Under the pieces are notes generated by a model. The model worked only from the letters and a program-made list of their open reading frames with translations. It made no database searches and was not told the origin of the DNA. From positions 96,001 to 160,000 of the forward strand of contig CAWHDZ010000030.1 in NCBI GenBank assembly GCA_963828255.1: a stretch of 64,000 nucleotides of DNA. The letters run 5' to 3'. The translations under genes were made by a program, and so were the position numbers. Of this stretch, positions 50,546 to 58,633 are shown one piece after another (within the stretch, counting starts at the first letter, position 1; each line of letters begins with the position of its first letter). Source of the DNA: an uncultured delta proteobacterium (GTDB taxonomy: Bacteria > Myxococcota > Myxococcia > Myxococcales > Anaeromyxobacteraceae).

Positions 50546-51523
50546 GTGTCGAACGTCGGGGCCTTCGTCCAGAATCCGCGCAAGTTTCCGAGGGTCCAGG
50601 CCAGGTACCGCGTGGTGGTGAGCCACGCGGGCGCCGGGTGGTCCGCGGAGACCTACGACATCTCGGCCACCGGCTGCCAGATCGTCACTCCCCGTCTCCT
50701 CCAGATCGGCTCGGCGACCAAGCTGGTCATCGAGGTCCCGAATCTCCCCCCGCCGCTCTCGGTGTTCGGCTCGGTGGCCTGGGTGGCCGACCAGGGGCGC
50801 ATCCGCGCGGGGATCGTCTTCGCCGAGCGGCAGCCCGACGGGGACCCCTCGGCGTGGTTCAAGAAGCTGCTCGCCAGCCAGCCCGGCATCGAGGGCTCGA
50901 TGCGGAAGCTGCCCGAGCGGCTCCCCATGGAGACGAAGCTCTTCCTCCGGCCGCCTCCGCAGTTCATCTTCGACTTCGGCCCGGACGAGGTGGGGCTCCT
51001 CAGGGCGCTCGGCGACGGGACCACCATCGCCAACCTGGTGCGCGCGGGCCCCTTCACGGCGACCCAGGTGGCGCGGATGGTCTTCGCGCTGCTCGAGCAG
51101 AAGGTCATCACCCTCTCGCTCGGCGAGGCGGCCCCGGCCTGGAAGTGGAAGGCCGCGCTCGCCGACTTCGAGTCCCAGGGTGGCGAGCGGCAGCCCGCGT
51201 CGGCGCCTGCCCCACGGCCGGCACCTCCGCCCCCACCGGCTCGCGCTGCCGCCGCAGCCGTGGCAACTCCCGCTCCCGCCCCGGTCGCTCCCGCTCCCGC
51301 AGCCGCGCCGTCAGCCCCCGCTGCAGCGCCACGCCCCCCGGTGGTCCGCACCCCGGAGGCCCAGGAGTGCCTCGATCTCGCCGTCTCCGCGGTCTCGATG
51401 GGGGAGATCTCGACCGCCATCGGGCTCCTGCGCCGGGGCCTCCAGCTCTCGCCACGCGACCCGGAGATCTCCGCCCTGCTCGGCCAGCTCGCCTTCCGCG
51501 ACCGTCAGGTGGGGCAGAAATAG
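50546..51523 (+). CDS. PilZ-domain protein with Pro/Ala linker and TPR-like C-terminus
   Basis: RKFPR (RxxxR) and DISATG (DxSxxG). Confidence 0.8.
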   Translation: MSNVGAFVQNPRKFPRVQARYRVVVSHAGAGWSAETYDISATGCQIVTPRLLQIGSATKLVIEVPNLPPPLSVFGSVAWVADQGRIRAGIVFAERQPDGDPSAWFKKLLASQPGIEGSMRKLPERLPMETKLFLRPPPQFIFDFGPDEVGLLRALGDGTTIANLVRAGPFTATQVARMVFALLEQKVITLSLGEAAPAWKWKAALADFESQGGERQPASAPAPRPAPPPPPARAAAAAVATPAPAPVAPAPAAAPSAPAAAPRPPVVRTPEAQECLDLAVSAVSMGEISTAIGLLRRGLQLSPRDPEISALLGQLAFRDRQVGQK

Positions 51524-51534
51524 TCCCGTCCGGC

Positions 51535-52182
51535 ATGCCATCGCTCCCCTTCGACGCCACCTGGCGGAGGGCCTGGGCCGATCCTGGGTTCCGCTGGCGG
51601 CTGCTGCTCACCCCGCCGGCGCTCGTGGCCACGCTCTCGGCGCTGGCCGCGCTGGTGAAGTGGGTGGAGCGAAGGCCCGGCGCGATCCTGGCCGACCCGG
51701 TGCTGGCGCTTCTCCCCCCGCGCGACGTCACCTGGCCCATCTTCACCCTGATCTACGTGGGCATCCTGCTCGCGGTCTCCCTGCTGGTCCGCATGCCGGT
51801 GCGCCTCCTCCTGGGCGTGCAGGCCTACGTCGTGATGGCGCTCCTCCGGATCGTCGTGATGTGGGCCACCCCGCTCGACCCGCCGCCCGGGATGATCGTG
51901 CTCGAGGACCCGCTGGTGCAGCTCTTCGGGGGCGCCTCCCTTCCTCTCACCCGCGACCTCTTCTTCTCCGGCCACACCTCCACGATGTTCCTGCTCTTCC
52001 TCGCCGTCCCCGGGAGGCCCGCCAAGGCCTTCTTCATGGCCTGCACCGCCAGCGTGGCCCTCCTCGTCCTGGTGCAGCACGTCCACTACGCGGTGGACGT
52101 GCTCGCCGCCCCGGCGTTCGCCTATGCCGCCTGGCGGATCGCCCGGAAGGGTTGGCCCTCGGCGGGGGGCGCCCGGAAGTGA
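51535..52182 (+). CDS. PAP2-related, sphingomyelin-synthase-like membrane protein
   Basis: TPLDPP, DLFFSGHT, HYAVD. Confidence 0.8.
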   Translation: MPSLPFDATWRRAWADPGFRWRLLLTPPALVATLSALAALVKWVERRPGAILADPVLALLPPRDVTWPIFTLIYVGILLAVSLLVRMPVRLLLGVQAYVVMALLRIVVMWATPLDPPPGMIVLEDPLVQLFGGASLPLTRDLFFSGHTSTMFLLFLAVPGRPAKAFFMACTASVALLVLVQHVHYAVDVLAAPAFAYAAWRIARKGWPSAGGARK

Positions 52183-52219
52183 GGTTCCCCCGTGATCCCT
52201 GGCCGCGTAGGATCCGGGG

Positions 52220-52618
52220 ATGCCAGAGGGTTCGACTCCTGTCCCGGGTTCCCGGCCCCGCGTCCTCGTCGTGGACGACGAGAAGGTCGTGCGCCGGGCG
52301 CTGCAGCGGATCCTGGAGCGGGACGGCCACAAGGTGACGCTGGCCGAGTGCGGCCAGGAGGCAATCGACCTCTACGGCGCGCACTGGGAGGAGATCGACG
52401 TGGTGGTGCTCGACGTCATGATGCCCGACGTCGATGGGCGCGAGGTGCTCCGCCGCATGCGCGAGCTGAATCCGGACGTCCGGGTCATCCTCTCCTCCGG
52501 CTTCACGGTCGAGAGCGATCCCACCCTCTCGGTGGCCGGGACCTGGGTCCTGCAGAAGCCCTACACGCCCGACCAGGTGCGGGCTTCCATCGCCGACGCC
52601 GCGGCCGGGACGAAATAG
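52220..52618 (+). CDS. single-domain response regulator
   Basis: VVDDE, LDVMMP, SSG, KPY. Confidence 0.9.
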   Translation: MPEGSTPVPGSRPRVLVVDDEKVVRRALQRILERDGHKVTLAECGQEAIDLYGAHWEEIDVVVLDVMMPDVDGREVLRRMRELNPDVRVILSSGFTVESDPTLSVAGTWVLQKPYTPDQVRASIADAAAGTK

Positions 52619-52662
52619 GCCGGAGGTCCGTGCGTAGGCACTGGAACCCCGGAGGTTCCACC

Positions 52663-53184
52663 TTGCGTCCGTCCGCCCCGCTCGCCATCCTCGCCGCCCT
52701 GGCTCTCCTCGCCGCGACCCCAGCCCGCGCCGGTGACTGCAACGTGGAGGTCGGGCCCAACGACCGGGTGTCCCGTGGGGAATCGCTGGTCATCCGCTCC
52801 GGCGAGCAGGTGGAGAATGCCGTCGCCCTCCACGGCGATCTCACGGTCGAGGCGGGAGCGGTGGTGGAGAAGGCGGTGGCCGTGGGTGGCTCGGTCACCA
52901 TCCGCTCCGGCGGGCGGGTGAAGCAGGATGCGGTGGCCCTCGGCGGGGACGTCGTCGTCGAGGCCGATGGAAGGGTCGGGAAGGACGCGGTCTCGCTGGG
53001 CGGGCAGGTCCAGGAGTCGAAGGGATCGCGGATCGAGGGCAGCGTGGTCGGGCTGGCGTTCCAGGGGGGCAAGTCGTCGCTCTCCAAGGAGATCCTCAAG
53101 GGCCTCACCTCGATCAAGGGCTGCAAAATCGAGTTGAAGGGCGGGACCGGGGGGAGCGACGCGATTACAATCCGCCGTCCATGA
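52663..53184 (+). CDS. exported bactofilin-like beta-helix protein
   Basis: TTG start, AxA signal peptide, four AV.LGG.V repeats. Confidence 0.7.
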   Translation: MRPSAPLAILAALALLAATPARAGDCNVEVGPNDRVSRGESLVIRSGEQVENAVALHGDLTVEAGAVVEKAVAVGGSVTIRSGGRVKQDAVALGGDVVVEADGRVGKDAVSLGGQVQESKGSRIEGSVVGLAFQGGKSSLSKEILKGLTSIKGCKIELKGGTGGSDAITIRRP

Positions 53185-54245
53185 GCACGACACCGGACGG
53201 GCGGCGGCAGTTCGCGAGCGACAACTACGCAGGCATCTGCCCGGAGGCCTGGGAGGCCATGGCCCGCGCCAACGTGGGGCACGTGCAGTCCTACGGCGAC
53301 GACCCCTGGACGGCCCGGGCGGCGGACCTCCTGCGGGAGCTCTTCGAGACCGACTGCGAGATCTTCTTCGTCTTCAACGGCACCGCGGCCAACTCGCTGG
53401 CGCTGGCCTCGATGTGCCAGAGCTACCATTCCATCGTCTGCAGCGAGACCGCCCACGTCGAGACCGACGAGTGCGGCGCCCCCGAGTTCTTCTCCAACGG
53501 GACCAAGGTCCTCACCGTCGAGGGCAAGCTCGGCAAGATCGACCCCGCCGCGGTGGACTGGGCGGTGCGGCGCCGCACCGACATCCACTACCCCAAGCCC
53601 CGGGTGGTGAGCCTCACCCAGGCCACCGAGCTCGGCACGGTCTACGCGCCCGACGAGCTGAAGGCCATCTGGGCCCGGGCCAAGTCCCACGACCTGCGCA
53701 TCCACATGGACGGCGCCCGGTTCGCGAACGCCGTGGCCTCGCTGGGGTGCGCCCCCAAGGAGATCACCTGGCAGGCCGGGGTGGACGTGCTCTGCTTCGG
53801 GGGCACCAAGAACGGCATGGCGGTGGGCGACGCGGTGGTCTTCTTCGACCGGAACCTGGCCCGCGAGTTCGACTACCGGTGCAAGCAGGCCGGGCAGCTC
53901 TCCTCCAAGATGCGCTTCCTGGCCGCGCCCTGGGTGGGCATGCTGGAGGGGGGCGCCTGGCTGCGCAACGCCCGCCACGCCAACGCCATGGCCGAGCTGC
54001 TGCACGGGCTCGTGAAGGACGTCCCGGGCGTCGAGGTGCTCTACCCCCGGCAGGTGAACAGCATCTTCCTCAAGCTCGCCCCGGCGGTCCGCGACGCCCT
54101 GCACGCGCGCGGCTGGCACTTCTACGACTTCATCGGCTGGGGCGGGGCGCGTCTCATGTGCTCCTGGGACACCACCGAGGAGGACGTGCGGGCCTTCGCG
54201 CGCGACCTCTCCCAGGCCGCGGCGAAGAACCCGTCGGTGCCGTGA
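53181..54245 (+). CDS. ltaE: low-specificity L-threonine aldolase
   Basis: FASDN, YGDD, GTAAN, HMDGARFANA, GGTKNG. Confidence 0.92.
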   Translation: MSTTPDGRRQFASDNYAGICPEAWEAMARANVGHVQSYGDDPWTARAADLLRELFETDCEIFFVFNGTAANSLALASMCQSYHSIVCSETAHVETDECGAPEFFSNGTKVLTVEGKLGKIDPAAVDWAVRRRTDIHYPKPRVVSLTQATELGTVYAPDELKAIWARAKSHDLRIHMDGARFANAVASLGCAPKEITWQAGVDVLCFGGTKNGMAVGDAVVFFDRNLAREFDYRCKQAGQLSSKMRFLAAPWVGMLEGGAWLRNARHANAMAELLHGLVKDVPGVEVLYPRQVNSIFLKLAPAVRDALHARGWHFYDFIGWGGARLMCSWDTTEEDVRAFARDLSQAAAKNPSVP

Positions 54246-55315
54246 CGGTGGGGCCAGAGGCGCAGGCCTGAATCACTACGGGTGAACTCCGCCGCGCCGT
54301 CCCCGAAGGCCCCGGCCACCTCCTCGTTCTCCTCGCGGCGCAGCGTGCAGGTGGCGTAGACGAGCCGCCCGCCGGGCCGGACGTGCCGGGCGGCCCGCTC
54401 GAGGATCGAGAGCTGGAGCGCTGGAAGCGCGGCGAACGACGCCGGGTCGATGCGAAAGCGCAGGTCCGGGCCCCGCCGGAGCGTGCCCAGCTCGGAGCAG
54501 GGGGCGTCCACGAGGACCCGGTCGGCGAGGAGGCCCACGGGCGCCTCCGGGCCGTGCACGGTCACGACCGCCCCGGCATGGGCGGCCCGGGTGCGCAGCC
54601 GGGAGAGGCGGGCCTCGTCCGGGTCGCAGGCGTGGACCGTTCCGGCCGGACCGACCGCCGCCGCGAGCTGGAGTGTCTTCCCGCCGGCGCCGGCGCAGAG
54701 GTCGAGCACCGTCTCGCCGGGAAGCGCCCCCACCGCCTCGCCGACGAGCTGGCTCCCCTCGTCCTGCACCTCGAGCAGCCCCTCCCGGTAGGCGCGGAGG
54801 GCGAGCAGGTTGGGGCGGGGGGAGAGCACCTCCAGGCCGTCCGGGGCGACCAGGGTCGGGCGGGTCGCCACTCCTTCCGCGGCAAGGCGGACGGCGAGGT
54901 CGTCGCGCGAGGTCCGGGCGCGGTTCACCCGCAGGAAGATCGGACCGGGGAGGGAGAGCGCGTCGGCGAGGAGCGGGGCCTCGTCGCCCACCTCGCGCAC
55001 CAGGATGTCGGCGAGCCAGCCGGGCAGGGAGTGGCGGGTCGCCAGGTCCGCGGGCGGCGCGACGGGAGGCGGCAACGCGCCGGAGGGGAGGGCGCAGAGC
55101 CGCTCGGCGTCGTCGCGACCGGCCAGGTCGCGCAGGAGCGAGGCGAGGAGCAGGAGCGGGGGCGCCGGGTCGCCAGCGTGGAAGCGGAGCCGGCGGCGCC
55201 AGAGCCCCACGCCGAAGATCGCCTCGGCGGCGGCCTGCCGGCCCCGCGCATCGAGGTCGCGGCGGGAGCGGAGGAAGCGGTCGAGGACCCGCTCGGCTGC
55301 AGCCCCGGAGAGCAC
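54122..55315 (-). CDS. RsmB/NOP family RNA m5C methyltransferase
   Basis: QDEGSQ, DLCAGAGGK, DAPCS, YATCT..EENE, TDGFF; start uncertain (coding frame open to about 55400). Confidence 0.85.
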   Translation of the reverse strand: MLSGAAAERVLDRFLRSRRDLDARGRQAAAEAIFGVGLWRRRLRFHAGDPAPPLLLLASLLRDLAGRDDAERLCALPSGALPPPVAPPADLATRHSLPGWLADILVREVGDEAPLLADALSLPGPIFLRVNRARTSRDDLAVRLAAEGVATRPTLVAPDGLEVLSPRPNLLALRAYREGLLEVQDEGSQLVGEAVGALPGETVLDLCAGAGGKTLQLAAAVGPAGTVHACDPDEARLSRLRTRAAHAGAVVTVHGPEAPVGLLADRVLVDAPCSELGTLRRGPDLRFRIDPASFAALPALQLSILERAARHVRPGGRLVYATCTLRREENEEVAGAFGDGAAEFTRSDSGLRLWPHRHGTDGFFAAAWERSRAKARTSSSVVSQEHMRRAPPQPMKS

Positions 55316-55407
55316 CGCGCCGAGGGGCGCCGCGAGCGCGGGGGCGAGCCGGGCCAGCGCATCCCAGGGGAGGGCGCGCAGCCGGGACGCGGCCCGATCG
55401 GGCGGGG

Positions 55408-55959
55408 CTACTTCGCCGCCTCGACCCAGAGGAAGCCCCGGAAGTCGCCCTCGGCGTAGCCCACGGCGCGGTCGGCGGGGTAACGGGCCGCGATGGCCTC
55501 CTTCACCGTGGGTTGAAGGGATGCGGCCGGGCCGTGGCAGCCCAGGCAGGCCGACCCGACCGTGATGGGGAGCAGCACCCCGACCTTCCCGCCCAGGTCG
55601 ACCGCGACGGGCTTCACCTCGGCGCCCTTCTTCCCGGCGGCGGCCTCGAGGGGCGCGCGGGTCCAGTCGGGTGGAACGTTGGCGGGGTTGCGCAGCCGGT
55701 CCGAGGTGCGCCCCATCTTCACGCCGGCGGAGGCCGAGGTCTCGCCGGCGATGCGCGCCGCGTCCCTGGCGCAGACGTCGATCGCGGCCGGGGGTCCACC
55801 CTGCTTCATCGCCTCGCCGAGGCGCGCCTGGAGCGCCTTCTGGAAGGCACGGCCAGACTCCTGGGCTTTCTCGATGGCGGAGCCCCACGCGGCCGGGGCG
55901 TCGGAGAGAGGAACGGCAGGAGCGGCCAGGACGGTGGTGAGGACGAGGGCGACGAGCAA
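55408..55959 (-). CDS. DUF3365/Tll0287-like heme c protein
   Basis: Signal peptide, RNP.N.P, CLGCH, YP.D.A.GY..GD.RG. Confidence 0.85.
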   Translation of the reverse strand: MLVALVLTTVLAAPAVPLSDAPAAWGSAIEKAQESGRAFQKALQARLGEAMKQGGPPAAIDVCARDAARIAGETSASAGVKMGRTSDRLRNPANVPPDWTRAPLEAAAGKKGAEVKPVAVDLGGKVGVLLPITVGSACLGCHGPAASLQPTVKEAIAARYPADRAVGYAEGDFRGFLWVEAAK

Positions 55960-56055
55960 GGGAGCCTCCGGGGCGGGTGACGGAGAAGGACTCTAGCCCA
56001 GTGGCGGCGGCCCGGGGAGTTGCCTCGGGGGGCCCTCTCTGGGACAACGGGGTCC

Positions 56056-56538
56056 ATGTCGATCGCGCTCTACTTCGCCGGTGTCGTGCTCCTCGCGGCG
56101 GGGGTGGCCGGACTCGTGCTGCCGGTCCTCCCCGGCGCGGTTCTGCTCGTCGCCGGCGTCGTGGCGCTGGCCTGGGCCGGAGACTTCGCCATCCTGGGAT
56201 GGGGCACCGTGGCCTTCGCCGGCGTGATGGGGCTCGCCATCACCGCGGTGGACTGGGCCGCGAGCATCCTCGGGGCCAAGGCCTTCGGCGCCTCGAAGTG
56301 GGCGGTGATCGGCTCGGCAGTCGGGCTCGTGGTGGGGCTCTTCCTCGGCCTGCCCGGCATCATCCTGGGGCCGGCGGTGGGAGCGCTCGCCTTCGAGTAC
56401 GCCAAGGACCCGAACTTCGAGCGGGCGCTCAAGGCGGGCGTGGGGGCCTTCCTGGGCTTCGTGCTGGGGAGCGTGCTCAAGGTGACGCTCGCCTTCGTGC
56501 TCGTCGGCGTCGTGGCGCTGCGCTACCTCTTCCGCTGA
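56056..56538 (+). CDS. DUF456 family membrane protein
   Basis: PVLPG, GAK.FGAS, GP..GA. Confidence 0.85.
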   Translation: MSIALYFAGVVLLAAGVAGLVLPVLPGAVLLVAGVVALAWAGDFAILGWGTVAFAGVMGLAITAVDWAASILGAKAFGASKWAVIGSAVGLVVGLFLGLPGIILGPAVGALAFEYAKDPNFERALKAGVGAFLGFVLGSVLKVTLAFVLVGVVALRYLFR

Positions 56539-56547
56539 GGGCGCCGC

Positions 56548-56955
56548 CTACCGCCGTGTGCCCCTGCCCCTCCCGCCCGCGAGCCCTGCGCGGAGCAGGG
56601 CCCCTCCCACGCCTCCGATCGCGACGACGACGCCCGTGAACCCCGCCAGCTGGGCGATGGAGGCCCAGGTGCTGGGGTGCTGCGCATCGGTCAGGCCGAT
56701 GGCCAGCTTGATCACGTGGGGTGCGGGCAAGGCGGCCCAGACGATGGCCGCGGCCGGCCACCCCGAAAAGCCCCAGAGGCCGCCGATGGCCGCCGACGCC
56801 GCCAGCAGCAGGGCGACGACGACGACCGGGCTCACCTCGCCCCCGTTCGCGAAGCCGTCCACCAGGGCGATGCCGACCCCGCAGGCGATCCCGAAATCGA
56901 GGCGGGTCGGGTGGGAGATGGAGAACCTCACCCCGACGACTCTAGCGCCTTGCAC
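56548..56955 (-). CDS. hypothetical membrane protein
   Basis: About 4 TM helices; start uncertain. Confidence 0.6.
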   Translation of the reverse strand: MQGARVVGVRFSISHPTRLDFGIACGVGIALVDGFANGGEVSPVVVVALLLAASAAIGGLWGFSGWPAAAIVWAALPAPHVIKLAIGLTDAQHPSTWASIAQLAGFTGVVVAIGGVGGALLRAGLAGGRGRGTRR

Positions 56956-56984
56956 CCCTCCGCGCCCCGGGGCAGAGTGCGCCG

Positions 56985-57800
56985 GTGCGCGACACCCTCT
57001 ACGACAGCGTTCCCTTCCGCGTCCCCGAGATCGAGCATCGCTACGGGGCCAACGTCCACCTGCTCGCCGATCCGCTCATGCTCGACCTTCTCGCCAAGCT
57101 CGCGGCCAGGGAGACCGAGCAGCCCACGGTGAACAACCTGGTGGTGGACATCTACCGCGGCCTCTCCCGCGTGGTGCTGAACGCCGAGTTCCCGCGGAAG
57201 ATCGTCGAGGTCCCCACCCGGATGATCGAGCACACGCCCGAGGGCGTCTGGCGCGGCCAGATCCTCGAGCCCGAGACCCGTGCGGTGACCGTGAACATCG
57301 CCCGCGCCGGGGCGGTACCGTCGCACACCGTGTACGGAATCCTCAACACGGTGCTCGTCCCGAGGCTGGTCCGGCAGGACCACATCATCATGAGCCGCAT
57401 GCTGGGCGACGCCGAGCAGGTGGTGGGCGCCGGCATCGGGGGCATGAAGATCGGCGGCGACGTGGACGGGGCCTTCCTGCTCTTCCCGGATCCCATGGGT
57501 GCAACCGGGTCGTCCCTCTCCATGGCGCTCGACACCTACAAGAAGAAGGTGCCGGGCACGCCGCGGAAGATCATCGCGCTGCACCTCGTGGTCACGCCCG
57601 AGTACCTGAAGCGCATGCGGAAGGACCACCCGGAGGTGGTGGTCTACGCGGTGCGGCTCGACCGCGGGCTGTCGCCCGAGAAGGTGAAGGGCACCGTCCC
57701 CGGGACGTTCTGGGACGAGGAGAAGGGCTTGAACGACCACGACTACATCGTCCCCGGGGCCGGCGGCCTCGGCGAGGTGATGAACAACGCGTGGGTTTGA
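56985..57800 (+). CDS. upp: uracil phosphoribosyltransferase
   Basis: IARAG, DPMGATGSS PRPP motif, LNDHDYIVPG.G. Confidence 0.85.
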   Translation: MRDTLYDSVPFRVPEIEHRYGANVHLLADPLMLDLLAKLAARETEQPTVNNLVVDIYRGLSRVVLNAEFPRKIVEVPTRMIEHTPEGVWRGQILEPETRAVTVNIARAGAVPSHTVYGILNTVLVPRLVRQDHIIMSRMLGDAEQVVGAGIGGMKIGGDVDGAFLLFPDPMGATGSSLSMALDTYKKKVPGTPRKIIALHLVVTPEYLKRMRKDHPEVVVYAVRLDRGLSPEKVKGTVPGTFWDEEKGLNDHDYIVPGAGGLGEVMNNAWV

Positions 57801-57835
57801 CGGCGCCGGCTTCAGCCGGCGCAGGAACCACTCAC
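57743..57835 (+). repeat. direct repeat A: upp 3' end plus hairpin
   Basis: 57743-57800 identical to 58452-58509; the following ~35 nt are nearly identical. Confidence 0.95.
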
Positions 57836-57894
57836 GGAACCGTCTCCGGCCAGCCCTGCTTCCACTCCCACGCGCCTGGGCCTACAATTCGTCC

Positions 57895-58185
57895 GTGCGT
57901 CGTGCCGATGCCATCGCGTTTTTCGCCTCCCACCGGGACGACCTGCGCCGGCTCGGGATCAGCTCGCTCCTCGTCTTCGGCTCCGTCGCGCGAGACCAGG
58001 CCCGGCCCGACAGCGACATCGACCTCATCGCCGAGTTCGACCATCCGGTCGGCTACCTCGGTCTTGCCCGGGTCCAGCATGAGCTCGAGCGGCTCCTCGG
58101 CCGCAGCATCGACCTGGCCACGCCCGGAATGATCCGCCCGGAATTCCGTGACCGGATCTACGGGGAGGCCGTGCGTGCCGCCTAG
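57895..58185 (+). CDS. minimal nucleotidyltransferase (MNT) antitoxin
   Basis: FGSVAR...SDIDL...LLGR.IDL. Confidence 0.9.
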   Translation: MRRADAIAFFASHRDDLRRLGISSLLVFGSVARDQARPDSDIDLIAEFDHPVGYLGLARVQHELERLLGRSIDLATPGMIRPEFRDRIYGEAVRAA

Positions 58186-58425
58186 AGAGTCGATGCCGTC
58201 AGCTACGCCATCGTCGTCATCGGCGAGGCTGCCAACGCGCTGAAGGACATGGGTCCCAGGCTGGCACCCGAGATCCCCTGGCCCGACATCCGTGGGATGC
58301 GGAACCAGGTCGCGCATGAGTACTTTGGAGTCGACGTGAAGGTCCTCTGGCAAACCGTGCGAGAGGACCTGCCGCCGTTGCTCGCATCCCTTCGAGCTCT
58401 TTCCGCGCGTTCCGATCCGGCTTGA
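58175..58425 (+). pseudogene. HEPN/DUF86 toxin, internally deleted and frameshifted
   Basis: Start MPPRE, then in another frame VDAVSYAIVVIGEAAN...PEIPW..IRGMRNQVAHEYFGVD...LW. Confidence 0.85.
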
Positions 58426-58451
58426 AACAGCTTCCTTGAGCAAGCTTGCTG

Positions 58452-58545
58452 CTACATCGTCCCCGGGGCCGGCGGCCTCGGCGAGGTGATGAACAACGCG
58501 TGGGTTTGAGCAGCGCCGGCTTCAGCCGGCGCAAGAGCCACTCAC
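58452..58545 (+). repeat. direct repeat B: duplicate of upp 3' end plus hairpin
   Basis: CTACATCG...GGGTTTGA (58 bp, perfect) followed by GCGCCGGC-TTCA-GCCGGCGC. Confidence 0.95.
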
Positions 58546-58590
58546 TCATCCGCTTCCGGGATCACGAAGATCCCACCCCCTGACGCACGA

Positions 58591-58620
58591 AGGCCCCGAT
58601 CGCTCGCGCGACCGGGGCCC
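58591..58620 (-). terminator. GNRA hairpin terminator, copy 1
   Basis: Minus strand GGCCCCGGTCGC-GCGA-GCGATCGGGGCC-TTCGT just after the stop of the large gene. Confidence 0.6.
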
Positions 58621-58633
58621 CATCACATCACGA

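Noticed and set aside
51190..51340. Low-complexity GCC/CCG-rich tract
   Set aside because: Encodes the Pro/Ala linker of the PilZ protein; not an independent repeat element.
52226..52250. GGGTTCGACTCC resembling a tRNA T-loop
   Set aside because: The T-stem pairs poorly, there is no cloverleaf, and it lies in the start of the response regulator gene.
57832..58549. Minus-strand ORFs (203 aa, 110 aa) across the TA islet
   Set aside because: Antisense to the clear MNT/HEPN genes and the upp duplicate.
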